A DNA stretch of 60,007 nucleotides from Candidatus Aegiribacteria sp. (GTDB taxonomy: Bacteria > Fermentibacterota > Fermentibacteria > Fermentibacterales > JCC-6). The DNA lies in the NCBI GenBank assembly GCA_046498225.1, contig JAWOBF010000063.1, forward strand, positions 1 to 60,007, written 5' to 3'. Of this stretch, positions 26,876-36,282 are shown in pieces. Numbering within the stretch: the stretch's first letter is position 1; the number at the start of each line of letters is the position of its first letter. The translations under genes were made by a program, and so were the position numbers. The notes under the pieces were generated by a model, which had not been told where the DNA came from, made no database searches, and worked only from the letters and a program-made list of their open reading frames with translations.

Positions 26876-29725
26876 ATGAAACTGCTCCTGCTTGTCCTGG
26901 CGGGCCTTACTGCGGCGGGTTCTGCACCATGTTGTTTCGCCGAAAACATGTATCACACGCATGGACATGACTTCGAATACCGGAACGGCGGGCTGTTCCC
27001 GGTGATGTGGGACCTGCGCAGCGCCTGGTTCCAGCTGAAGATGTACGGAGACGCCTACCTCTCCGAAGGCTCATCCGAGACATACGCGGACAGCGTTCTT
27101 CGGGGAGTTCTGGAGGAGGCCGGGGATTCCGGCATCAACACCATCCTAATCCGCGACGAGGTCCGGAGGGACGTGACCGGAGGGACGGACCACCTTTCAC
27201 AGAGGGCGGGTCTGGTTCGGGACATGGGATTTCACGTCATGCTGGGAGGTTTCAGGGACGTTCTGGAGTACCATGAGTACAACCTGGAAGTGATGGAATT
27301 CCTTGAGGATTATCTGTCCGCTCCGGCGGACCTTCCCGGAGATGTCATCGGAATACACGGATTCGACGAGATAGACGGAAAGTACGACGGGCTGCCGCCG
27401 GGGTCGGCCCGGCGGGACACACTGAGGTCGAGGCTTGTCCGGTTTCACAGTTGGAGCAATTCCCCTCCGGTGCGGAGGCCCTTCGGCTCGTTCATGGCAA
27501 AGCCGGCGTTCCACGTTCCCACCCTGGCTGGTGCCCACGCGGACCTGTCCACGGATTTCCCCCACCACACCACCTTCCAGTTGTGCGCACTTCTCGATTT
27601 TCCCATGCTCGACTGGTATCCGTGCCGCGTGTGGGAAGAACGCTGCAACATTCCCTTCCACCGGTACGATCTGTGGGGAGCGACGGACCTTCTTCCCGCC
27701 CCCGCGTCCTCCGGTTTTTATCACGCGTACACCACCCGGGACGAACTGTGGGCCGTTGACGGACTGGGAACGTCCCGTCCGGTGTTCCGTGTCTTCTCCG
27801 TGGAGGACGAGGACAGGATAGGGGTGCCCCGCCTGGTGGAAGACATGGACAGCCGAATGGAGATAGGTCTGGACGGGTATTTTCTGGCGGCTTCCAGCGA
27901 TTCCCGCTCCTCTGATATCGGTGACCGTTCCGCACTGGAGCACAGGATGAACTCCGCGGTGGTCTTCTACCACAGGGGCGGGCCGGCAGGGCAGGCACAG
28001 GCAGTCTACCATGACGGAGACCGGCTGGTGATGGAAGAGATGCCCATATCCACCTCCGATGCGGGCACCGTGCTGTTCTGCGTGGGCGAGGACAGTTACG
28101 GTACGGTCCTTCCGGCGGACGGCGGTGGGGGTGGCATTATCGGCAGGGGAGACCTGAGGGTCCTGTGGTACGGTGAGGATGGCTCCGTAAGCATCTTTGG
28201 CCCCGACCGGGAGACGGGCACTGGCCTCGAGGAACTTGCGGAGATGGTGTACGGGGGGGAATTCTCACCTTCCGGCGCCGTGTGGGGGTGTTTCTGGAAT
28301 TCCGGCGGCGGAAGCCGAATACATGAAAGCGGTTTCGTCCTCTACGATGACTCCGGTGATTACATTACTGTCATCAGTGAGGACGGCCGAGGCTGGAGGA
28401 TCTTCGATGACGGCGGCGCCCCCTTCGGCGGCCTCTTCGGCAGCCGGGCAGGCCCGGGAGCAGTAATGGCTTTCAGGACCATGGATTGGCGCCCTTACCT
28501 CTCCGCTTCGGACGTTCTGGTCTCTATCGTGCAGGAGGACCGCACCCGTCATGGAAGGCCCCTGCTTCAACTGACCGGGGGCAGGCAGGGCTACAGTTTC
28601 GAACCTCCCGGCCCTTCCTCGGAGGTATATCTTGAAGGCATGCACCCGGGGTCGGCCTCCAGTTACACCCGGCTGGCCTTCAGGCGCCGCGGCGATGAGA
28701 AACTCCGGGTCTGGGCTGGAGGGGAAGGTGTCGAAACACGCTTCACCTCGAATTTCATCGATCTTTCCGAGGTATGCGCCCACAGGTCGGCCATCGGCAC
28801 TACCGGGAGTTCATGGGACGTGTTGGGTACCATGCGGCTGCGCTACACTCGAAGGCAATGGGTGAACGCGATTCTCTTCAGGAATGATGAAATGGGTCTT
28901 CGGGGAGGAGAAATAGCAGATGGATGGTATACCGGCGAAGCGAACGAGGCGTCTCTGGACCTTTTCTTGGATAACCTCGGAAGCCCGGGAGCCGGCCATC
29001 CCGCCGCCGGTCATTCACAGGGGGCATTTGACCTGGAATTCCAGTACGGTGTAAGCATGACCCCGGGGGATAACTGCCTCTTCGCCAACGTCCAGGCCTT
29101 CGGAAGGGGCATCTGGGGCAGGTTCTCTCCCCCACCGGATACACTGCTGTACATGACCGTCTCCCCCATCATTCACGGCTGCCGGGGTATCAGTTTCTAT
29201 GCGCTTGACCTGGCCATGATGAGCGGTCCCGCCTTTCCGGAAGGCGGGAGCAGCCTTCACAGGGCGCCGAACCCGCTTCTGGACTGGAGACCCGGGATCG
29301 AGGGGGATGATAATTCCGACATAATAGGCAGGGTCCATGAAGTCGCCGCCGTACTCACCGGAAGCAGCGGAGGACCCGATTACCTCTCCGCCCTGGTGGA
29401 TCACGGCTCCTACACCGTCCTCGATACTGAACACGCGATGAACGGCGCGCCCGATGAAGGGCTGAACTTCCTGGCCCTGGAGGAGAACGCTTCCGGTGAT
29501 ATCCTTCTGATGGTCGCCAACGACCTCGGGCTTCCCCCCGCCCATACCGGTACCATCGTATTCCGGAAGTACCGGGCGGCCGATTACGGACCGGCGGTCC
29601 ACCGCGGAGGGTGGAGCGGCTTTGCTCCGGCGGAGGGAGCGGACGGTCCGGACGCGCAGCTTGCGCTTGATTTCACGTCCATGCCCGGGCACAGCGTCAG
29701 CCTTGTCTCCATTCCGAAGAACTGA
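26876..29725 (+). CDS. Large secreted protein; glycoside-hydrolase-like TIM barrel apparently interrupted by a large insertion
   Basis: Signal peptide; 'GINTILIR', 'GIHGFDE', 'DWYP', then about 490 aa later 'VQAFG...P...Y...IIHGCRGISFY'. Confidence 0.65.
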   Translation: MKLLLLVLAGLTAAGSAPCCFAENMYHTHGHDFEYRNGGLFPVMWDLRSAWFQLKMYGDAYLSEGSSETYADSVLRGVLEEAGDSGINTILIRDEVRRDVTGGTDHLSQRAGLVRDMGFHVMLGGFRDVLEYHEYNLEVMEFLEDYLSAPADLPGDVIGIHGFDEIDGKYDGLPPGSARRDTLRSRLVRFHSWSNSPPVRRPFGSFMAKPAFHVPTLAGAHADLSTDFPHHTTFQLCALLDFPMLDWYPCRVWEERCNIPFHRYDLWGATDLLPAPASSGFYHAYTTRDELWAVDGLGTSRPVFRVFSVEDEDRIGVPRLVEDMDSRMEIGLDGYFLAASSDSRSSDIGDRSALEHRMNSAVVFYHRGGPAGQAQAVYHDGDRLVMEEMPISTSDAGTVLFCVGEDSYGTVLPADGGGGGIIGRGDLRVLWYGEDGSVSIFGPDRETGTGLEELAEMVYGGEFSPSGAVWGCFWNSGGGSRIHESGFVLYDDSGDYITVISEDGRGWRIFDDGGAPFGGLFGSRAGPGAVMAFRTMDWRPYLSASDVLVSIVQEDRTRHGRPLLQLTGGRQGYSFEPPGPSSEVYLEGMHPGSASSYTRLAFRRRGDEKLRVWAGGEGVETRFTSNFIDLSEVCAHRSAIGTTGSSWDVLGTMRLRYTRRQWVNAILFRNDEMGLRGGEIADGWYTGEANEASLDLFLDNLGSPGAGHPAAGHSQGAFDLEFQYGVSMTPGDNCLFANVQAFGRGIWGRFSPPPDTLLYMTVSPIIHGCRGISFYALDLAMMSGPAFPEGGSSLHRAPNPLLDWRPGIEGDDNSDIIGRVHEVAAVLTGSSGGPDYLSALVDHGSYTVLDTEHAMNGAPDEGLNFLALEENASGDILLMVANDLGLPPAHTGTIVFRKYRAADYGPAVHRGGWSGFAPAEGADGPDAQLALDFTSMPGHSVSLVSIPKN

Positions 29726-29736
29726 TCGGACGAGGG

Positions 29737-30948
29737 TCAGTTTTCCGGCGGTATCTCCCCGGCCTTCCTGAGAGCTATCTTGGCCGTTATGGGTCCGATT
29801 ATCTCGAACACCACGCAGGTGGCGGTAACGGTTGTCAGAACGGCGGTCCCTATCGCGGCGCCGCGGTCGCCCAGTGCCGAGAAACGTCCCGCCGTGGCTA
29901 TGGCCAGGCCTATGGCGACGCCCGCCTGGGAGAGAAGGCCTATACCGAGATATTTCCTGAGGACCGGTGAAGCTCCGCCCACCTTCGCGCCAAGCCCGGC
30001 TCCGGCTATCTTGCCGGCGGACCTGGCGGCTATGTAGACGATGCCCAGGACTCCCAGGGAGGGCAGAGCGTCAAGCTGCAGGTGAGCCCCGGCAAGGAAA
30101 AAGAAGAGAATGAATATCAGCGGCATCAGCGGCCTCAGCCTGGAGGCTACCGTGCTGGTCTCGCTCCTGGAAGTGTTGGAGAGAACGAATCCCACCGCCA
30201 TGGGAGCCAGTATGGGCGAGAACCCCAGGGTGAGGGCCGCTCCCACCGAGAGACAGACAAAACCGAAGGTAAGGGCCGGTATCTCGTCATGAATTCGCAG
30301 TACGGATACCAGCTTCGTGTAGATGAGACCCAGGACCGTTCCCGCCGCCACTGCGGTGATAATCTCCAGCAGCGGTTCTCCGGCGATGGTCAGGAAGCTG
30401 GCTGACCTGCCGGCCTCGGCGGCCAGGATGGAGCTGGCCGCGGCGGAAGCGAAACCGAAGATCAGCACCGCTATGCCGTCATCGAACCCCACAACGGCAT
30501 ACATAGCCTGCGTGAGTTCACCCCTTGCCCGGTACTCCTGAATGACAGCCACCGTGCCTGCCGGGGCGGTTGCCGGAGCCATGGCGCCGAAGATGAGCGC
30601 GAACGCCCAGTCGCCGGTAAGCAGAAGCACCGCGCCGGTAACCAGGATGAAAGCCATCATGGTCTCGAACAGGAGGATTGCCGTTATGCTCCTGCCCATT
30701 CTCTTCAGGGTCCTGAGGTTCAGCTCCGAACCTATGCTGAAGGCGACGAATCCCAGGGCTATATCGGGAATGAATGAGAGACCGGTCAGAACTTTATCAT
30801 CGTAGATGTTGAAAAGGGACACTCCCAGCAGCGCACCGGCTATCATGTAGCCTATCAGCGAGGGGAGTCCGGTCTTTCTGGCCGCCTTTCCCGTGTACAG
30901 CCCGGCAATTACGGCGAATCCGGCCAGACCGATCAGGGAGAGTTCCAC
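29737..30948 (-). CDS. Cation:proton antiporter (CPA family)
   Basis: Many TM segments; 'IALGFVAFSIGSEL', 'ATAPA', 'GFDD', 'LLSQAGVAIGL'; GTG start immediately after the upstream stop. Confidence 0.9.
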   Translation of the reverse strand: MELSLIGLAGFAVIAGLYTGKAARKTGLPSLIGYMIAGALLGVSLFNIYDDKVLTGLSFIPDIALGFVAFSIGSELNLRTLKRMGRSITAILLFETMMAFILVTGAVLLLTGDWAFALIFGAMAPATAPAGTVAVIQEYRARGELTQAMYAVVGFDDGIAVLIFGFASAAASSILAAEAGRSASFLTIAGEPLLEIITAVAAGTVLGLIYTKLVSVLRIHDEIPALTFGFVCLSVGAALTLGFSPILAPMAVGFVLSNTSRSETSTVASRLRPLMPLIFILFFFLAGAHLQLDALPSLGVLGIVYIAARSAGKIAGAGLGAKVGGASPVLRKYLGIGLLSQAGVAIGLAIATAGRFSALGDRGAAIGTAVLTTVTATCVVFEIIGPITAKIALRKAGEIPPEN

Positions 30949-30950
30949 TA

Positions 30951-31757
30951 TCAGCTGTCCAGTGAGCCGTGAAAGGACTGGAGGTTCGATACGGTGACCA
31001 TCACGTCGTTCCGGTTGGAAAGCGGTCCGCATATGAACTCGATGTTCCTGATGACGGCGTTTACCAGTTCCTCTCTTACTACAGATACTATTATTCTGTT
31101 GAAATGCTGGATCTCCGTGTTCCAGAAACTGGCGAACAGGGGAATGTTCCTGAGAAAACGGGTGGACTCGTCGGCGTTCATGACCATGGAGGAGGAAGTC
31201 TCCATACCGGCGAAGACCTGCAGCACGTCATCGAACACAGCCTCGTCCTGAATGAAGACGTGAAGCAGCTTGCGTTCCTCCGGCCGTCCTTCTCCCGCTT
31301 CCGGGGTCATCCTGTTCAGAAGGACCCGGGCGGCTTCCTCATCCGTGGAACAGCTTCGCAGTGAGTCCCTCATCGCGCTGTCCCTGAACGACTGCGCCAG
31401 GGTGGAGAGCATCTTGAGATGGACCCTGGGCTCCCGCTCAGGACCGATGATGAAGGGGAACAGGTCCACCTTTTCTCCGTCGGCGGAGTTGAAGTCTATC
31501 CCTTCGGGCAGGATGACCAGCCCGGCGATGAACCCGTCCATTCCCTCTATTCGGCAGTGGGGTATCGCTACTCCGTGCCCGCAGGCAGTGGTGGACAGGT
31601 TCTCCCGCTCCCTGAGAGCTTTGAAGATGGTCTCTTCGGGAATGTCCTGCGGCCGGGCTGACGCCAGCCGGCTGACGCAGCGAAGCAGTTCCTCGCCGGA
31701 CTCCGCCGAACAGCGCATGGATACTGTATCCGGCCCGAATATGTCCGAAAGCTGCAT
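30951..31757 (-). CDS. PTS EIIA type-2 (PtsN-like) domain fused to a P-II-like C-terminal domain
   Basis: 'RE...TT.CG.GVAIPHCR' phospho-His motif, 'HLKMLS'; extra C-terminal domain of about 105 aa. Confidence 0.85.
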   Translation of the reverse strand: MQLSDIFGPDTVSMRCSAESGEELLRCVSRLASARPQDIPEETIFKALRERENLSTTACGHGVAIPHCRIEGMDGFIAGLVILPEGIDFNSADGEKVDLFPFIIGPEREPRVHLKMLSTLAQSFRDSAMRDSLRSCSTDEEAARVLLNRMTPEAGEGRPEERKLLHVFIQDEAVFDDVLQVFAGMETSSSMVMNADESTRFLRNIPLFASFWNTEIQHFNRIIVSVVREELVNAVIRNIEFICGPLSNRNDVMVTVSNLQSFHGSLDS

Positions 31758-31796
31758 GATAACCTCCAGGTTCGTATGCCGGTATCCTCTTCCGGA

Positions 31797-32510
31797 TCAC
31801 CCGCTCATTATTCCCGTTATCACTCCCGGCAGTTCATCGAAACTCTCAATGGTGGAAACCAGCCCCGGGTCGATGAAATCCTCCCTCTCCGCCGCCCAGG
31901 TCCGTTGGCGCATCAGGTGAACGGCATGAGACCCTATGGAAAGTGTGGGGTTGATGTCCGACCGGGGGCTGTTCCCCGCCACGATGCATCGCTCCGGGGG
32001 AATTCCGGCGGAGTTCAGTATCTCGGTGAGGGAATTCGCGCTCTTTACGTCCACTACCCTCAGCTCATCTACCAGGCCCTTCAGGCCGGACCTTCGAAAC
32101 TTGTCTTCCTGGTGGTCCCGCTCTCCCATAGTGTAGACCACTTTCCGCAGAGGAAAGCCGTCAAGGGCTTCCAGTGTCTCCGTAACCCCGGGAAGAAGGA
32201 TGACCGGGTGCTCCAGCAGGTTCCTCTCGATATTGTCCATCGCCTTCAGAACCCATGACGGGACCTCCGGGACCAGTTCCAGCATTATCGTCCTGAGAGT
32301 GTCCATGTACGGGCGAGCGCCGTATCCGGTCACCGACAGCCTTTCCACATCCCTTCGGTGGACCGTGCTTCTGACCTTTTCCTCGGAATGGCCAACTGCG
32401 CTCATGAGGCTCAGGAAGTCCTGTTCAGTCCTCTCGAAGAACAGGGCGCTCTCCCAGAGCGTATCATCGGCGTCGAGCAGCAGAAGGTACCGGTCACTGT
32501 CCATGAACAT
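31797..32510 (-). CDS. HAD family hydrolase
   Basis: 'LDADDTLW' motif I, 'GNSPRSDI' motif IV. Confidence 0.9.
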   Translation of the reverse strand: MFMDSDRYLLLLDADDTLWESALFFERTEQDFLSLMSAVGHSEEKVRSTVHRRDVERLSVTGYGARPYMDTLRTIMLELVPEVPSWVLKAMDNIERNLLEHPVILLPGVTETLEALDGFPLRKVVYTMGERDHQEDKFRRSGLKGLVDELRVVDVKSANSLTEILNSAGIPPERCIVAGNSPRSDINPTLSIGSHAVHLMRQRTWAAEREDFIDPGLVSTIESFDELPGVITGIMSG

Positions 32511-32723
32511 CCCCTTTCATCGATGCACGGAATATACCACCGTACTCTGATGCATGCACGGCCGCGTCGCGTTCCGCAGGTTGACCGAAGGGGGCGGTAT
32601 GTGCAGATTCATGTTCTGTAAGTACTTGTTCCATCAGGATCGAACAGGGGAGGCTTCATATGTGAGTCGTACATTTCCAAGCTGCAGGTTGTAGTTAAGA
32701 CCCTCACCCAATTGGAGTTCAAA

Positions 32724-33869
32724 ATGGATAGACTTCTGAAGTCTGCGCCGGTTCTTTTTTCACTTTTACTCATAGTTCTTGTTTTCGGCTGCGGCGGTGA
32801 CGGAGAGAGGCCGCGGAACGAAGCCGGCGCCGAAGTACCCGTTCTCAGGGTCGGCTACTGCAATCACGACCACCATTCCGCCGTTTTCGTCTCCGCCCTC
32901 AGGGGGGAGGAGATGAGGGACGCCTACGGTATCTGGCTGAAACCCCTGGGCGAGAACTTCTATGCTCTGATGGAGGACGGGGAACAGGTGCTGGAGGTCG
33001 AGTTCGTCCAGTCCCAGGGAGCCATAAACGTACCCAATAATATGGTAGCCGGCCTTTTCGACATCGGTTTCGGAGGGGTTATCCCGTTCGCCGCCAGCGC
33101 CGACCAGGGCAGCGGAGTAAGGATAGTAAGCCCCCTTCACAGCAGGGGGGACATGCTTGTGGTCGCCGCGGACAATGATGAGGTCACCGACTGGGACAGC
33201 TTCATTCGATGGGTTTCCACAACCGATGAACCCGTGGTCATCGGTTTCAAGAGCCCTAAGGCCGTAGCGCTTCTCATATTCCAGTCCGCCCTCAATGAAG
33301 AGGGGATAGCCTGGAGCATGCAGGGCAATCCTCAGCCCGGGTCCCGAATACTCCTGTTCAACGCTCAGGGTGAGCCGAACCTGAACCCGGCTCTTCAGAA
33401 CGGCACCATCCACGGATACGTCTCCAACAATCCCTCCTGCGCCATGGCGGAACACAACGGTATCGGAAAGTGCGTGGCCGCACTTTCGGACCTCCCGCCG
33501 GGGGACTTCGCCGACCATCCCTGCTGCGCCATAGCTTCCACCGTTACGGCAATAGAAGAGAGACCGGAAGATATCGCCGCCGCCCTGCGTCTTTTCGCCG
33601 CCGCCACCGATTACATCAACGAACATCCGGAGGACGCTGCGGAGGCCGCCGCTCTCTGGATAGGCAACCCGGTGGAGGTGGAGCTGGCCTCCATGGCCAC
33701 AAGCGGGTACGGCATGGAGGTGACCGGCGAATGGCTGGACAACATGGAGGTCATTATCGGGAACATGCGGGAGCTGGGAGCCTTCACCGGTCCCCTCTCC
33801 CGGCCTGACGGGGAAGCGCACAGGGAATTCCTTTACGATTTCTCCCTCCTGCCTGAAAAACCGGAGTAG
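32724..33869 (+). CDS. NitT/TauT-family ABC transporter substrate-binding lipoprotein
   Basis: Lipobox VFGC; 'LRVGY..HDHH', 'HPCC', 'A.DYINEHPEDAA'. Confidence 0.85.
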   Translation: MDRLLKSAPVLFSLLLIVLVFGCGGDGERPRNEAGAEVPVLRVGYCNHDHHSAVFVSALRGEEMRDAYGIWLKPLGENFYALMEDGEQVLEVEFVQSQGAINVPNNMVAGLFDIGFGGVIPFAASADQGSGVRIVSPLHSRGDMLVVAADNDEVTDWDSFIRWVSTTDEPVVIGFKSPKAVALLIFQSALNEEGIAWSMQGNPQPGSRILLFNAQGEPNLNPALQNGTIHGYVSNNPSCAMAEHNGIGKCVAALSDLPPGDFADHPCCAIASTVTAIEERPEDIAAALRLFAAATDYINEHPEDAAEAAALWIGNPVEVELASMATSGYGMEVTGEWLDNMEVIIGNMRELGAFTGPLSRPDGEAHREFLYDFSLLPEKPE

Positions 33870-33873
33870 ACCC

Positions 33874-34746
33874 ATAGGCTCCCCCGGACCGGTCAGACGC
33901 CTGCTGGAACGGGCCGGAAACGCTTCCGGCCGGCTTTCGGGATTTCTGCTGCCGGTACTGCTGGTGCTCTGGTGGGGCCTGGCCACCCGTGGAGCCGGAG
34001 AGACCCTTCTCCCTTCCCCCGGAAGGGTGCTGCAGGTTCTCCTGCATCCGCTGACGGACCAGTTGTCCAGCGGGTCCCTTGCCTGGAGTTCCCTGGTCAG
34101 TCTCACCAGGGTCGCCATAGGATTCTCGCTGGCCGTTATGGCGGGTGTTCCCCTGGGTCTCCTGATGGGCGCTTCTTCCCATGCCAGAAAACTGCTGTCC
34201 CTCACGGTGGAGATGGCAAGGCCTCTGTCGGCCATAGCCCTGCTTCCGCTGTCCATTCTTATCTTCAGGTCGCGGACCTTCACCCAGGTCCTGGGCTTGA
34301 CCGGTCTGATGTACAGAAGGAACCTCCTGAACGAGATGCAGCTGGGAATGATATTCATACTGTTCTGGGGCGGTGTGTTCCCCATCATTCTGGGAACCAT
34401 GCAGGGGGTGAGGAGCGTAAGGAGAATACACCTGGAAGCGGCGGGAGTTCTTGGAGCCGGAAGAATGCTGACCTTCAGGAAGGTTCTGATACCCTCCGCC
34501 CTTCCCGACATCTTCCACGGGCTGAGAATGGGGATAGGAAGGTGCTGGATGGTCATCATCGCCGCGGAGATGCTGCCGGGGACAAATTCCGGCATCGGTT
34601 ACATGATAAGGTATTCCTACCAGCTTTCCAGATACGACATTATGCTGGCCTGCATCATAGTGGTGGCCCTCATAGGAGCGATTTTCTCCAGGGGGCTGGA
34701 AGCCCTGGGGGAGGGTTCACTTGTCCTCAGAAGCAGGGAGAGATGA
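33874..34746 (+). CDS. NitT/TauT-family ABC transporter permease
   Basis: 'SLTRVAIGF...GVPLGLLMG', EAA loop, 'PSALP.IF.GLR', 'AAEM...SGIGY'. First canonical start (GTG 33964) falls inside TM1, so the start is uncertain. Confidence 0.85.
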   Translation: MGSPGPVRRLLERAGNASGRLSGFLLPVLLVLWWGLATRGAGETLLPSPGRVLQVLLHPLTDQLSSGSLAWSSLVSLTRVAIGFSLAVMAGVPLGLLMGASSHARKLLSLTVEMARPLSAIALLPLSILIFRSRTFTQVLGLTGLMYRRNLLNEMQLGMIFILFWGGVFPIILGTMQGVRSVRRIHLEAAGVLGAGRMLTFRKVLIPSALPDIFHGLRMGIGRCWMVIIAAEMLPGTNSGIGYMIRYSYQLSRYDIMLACIIVVALIGAIFSRGLEALGEGSLVLRSRER

Positions 34747-34747
34747 G

Positions 34748-35515
34748 ATGGAGAAGCTGGTTGTATCGAATCTCTCGAAAACCTACCGCGACACCACCGG
34801 TGAGGTCCACGCCCTCGGACCGGTGAGCTTCGAGGTGGAGACAGGGGAATTCCTCTGCGTGCTGGGCCCCACAGGCTGCGGCAAGACAACCCTGTTGCGG
34901 ACCATAGCCGGACTGGAAGCCCCGGACAGCGGCAGTGTCGATTTCCCGCGGGGAAGGAGGGACGGAGAGCCGGTTACCGGTTACGTGTTCCAGCAGGGAG
35001 CCCTGTTTCCCTGGATGACCGCACGGTCCAATGTGGAATTCCCTCTCATTGCCGGTGGAATGGAAAGACCCCGCCGAAGGCTGAAGGTGGAGAGAATGCT
35101 GGAGATGGTGGGTCTGTCTTCCTTTGCTGATTCCTATCCCCACCACCTCTCCGGAGGGATGCAGCAGAGGGCGGCCCTTGCCCGTTCCCTGGTGATGGAA
35201 CCGGATATTCTCCTGATGGACGAGCCCTTCAGTTCCCTGGACACCAGGACCAGCCAGCAGCTTCAGAACAGCCTGAGGGAACTGTGGAAGCAGGAGTCCA
35301 CCACCGTGGTCTTCGTCACCCACAACATCGAGGAGGCTGTATACCTGGCGGAGGAGGTGATCGTTCTGGGGCACAGGCCCGGAAAGGTGGTGAGGAGGGA
35401 GAAGATAGACCTGCCGGATCCCAGGAACAGGCTCTCGAAGCCTTTCACCGAATACCTTGTATCCCTCAGGCAAACCTTCGAATCACTGGTGCTGGAGCCC
35501 TTCTGCACTACCTGA
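34748..35515 (+). CDS. NitT/TauT-family ABC transporter ATP-binding protein
   Basis: GPTGCGKT, LSGGMQQR, LMDEPF, 'VTHNIEEAV'. Confidence 0.93.
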   Translation: MEKLVVSNLSKTYRDTTGEVHALGPVSFEVETGEFLCVLGPTGCGKTTLLRTIAGLEAPDSGSVDFPRGRRDGEPVTGYVFQQGALFPWMTARSNVEFPLIAGGMERPRRRLKVERMLEMVGLSSFADSYPHHLSGGMQQRAALARSLVMEPDILLMDEPFSSLDTRTSQQLQNSLRELWKQESTTVVFVTHNIEEAVYLAEEVIVLGHRPGKVVRREKIDLPDPRNRLSKPFTEYLVSLRQTFESLVLEPFCTT

Positions 35516-36167
35516 GCGTGAAGCTGTATATGACCGATGTCCACACTCCAACGGCAACCCCGTCATCCCGCTTTGCCGGGGACCACCTGCTGAGCCTGAC
35601 CGCCTCGAGGGCTGCCCTGTCCATGCTGGAAAGTCCGGAACTCTGCACCACCTGCGCTTCCAGTGGTTCTCCCTCGGGGGAGATGAAGACCTGCAGGGTG
35701 ACCCTGCCCTCTACTCCCGCCTGCCGTGCCATCTCCGGATACTCCGGAGTCGGCCTGTAGGTGCACACCGGAAGCACGCTGTGGGGTATGAAGGTACCGG
35801 GTTCCGGAATACCGCCGTCGGGCTCCGGGTCCGGCTGAAGGACGTTGGGGTCGGCCGTGATAGCGCGTCCCAGACCTGCGGTGTCCGTATCGGTGCTTAT
35901 CACCAGGTCCGGTTCCACGACCCGGGGTATCTCGGTGCGGATTATGTTCTCCACGTCCACCGGATCGTCCTCCGGCATCTCCGGGGGGACCTCGTAGAGT
36001 TCGCCGGGGTCGAAACCTCGCATCTCATCGTTTGCCGTTCTCGTGGAAAGCCTTCCAACCGATGATCCCGGCACCGCTTCGAACACGAGAACCAGGAGTA
36101 CGAAGCTCCAGAGTATTCCGTAATCCATGGAACCGGCTCTGCTGCTGTGCTTTTCTGAATGTCTCAT
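35508..36167 (-). CDS. tonB: Energy transducer TonB family protein
   Basis: N-terminal TM, Pro-rich linker, 'P.YPEMARQAGVEGRV', 'D.AALEAV..W.PA'. Confidence 0.88.
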   Translation of the reverse strand: MRHSEKHSSRAGSMDYGILWSFVLLVLVFEAVPGSSVGRLSTRTANDEMRGFDPGELYEVPPEMPEDDPVDVENIIRTEIPRVVEPDLVISTDTDTAGLGRAITADPNVLQPDPEPDGGIPEPGTFIPHSVLPVCTYRPTPEYPEMARQAGVEGRVTLQVFISPEGEPLEAQVVQSSGLSSMDRAALEAVRLSRWSPAKRDDGVAVGVWTSVIYSFTLR

Positions 36168-36282
36168 TTTCGCACCTCCTTCACCCATGGTACATTGCAG
36201 CCGCAGATTTATTCCCGGCGCCTCAGAAGTAGCGCCAACGGCCGGATTGGATTAAATTACACCCTGACGAAAACCTGGAGGG

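Noticed and set aside
32520..32720. Riboswitch upstream of the ABC transporter
   Set aside because: No TPP, SAM, cobalamin, FMN or Moco consensus is recognisable; only a short hairpin.
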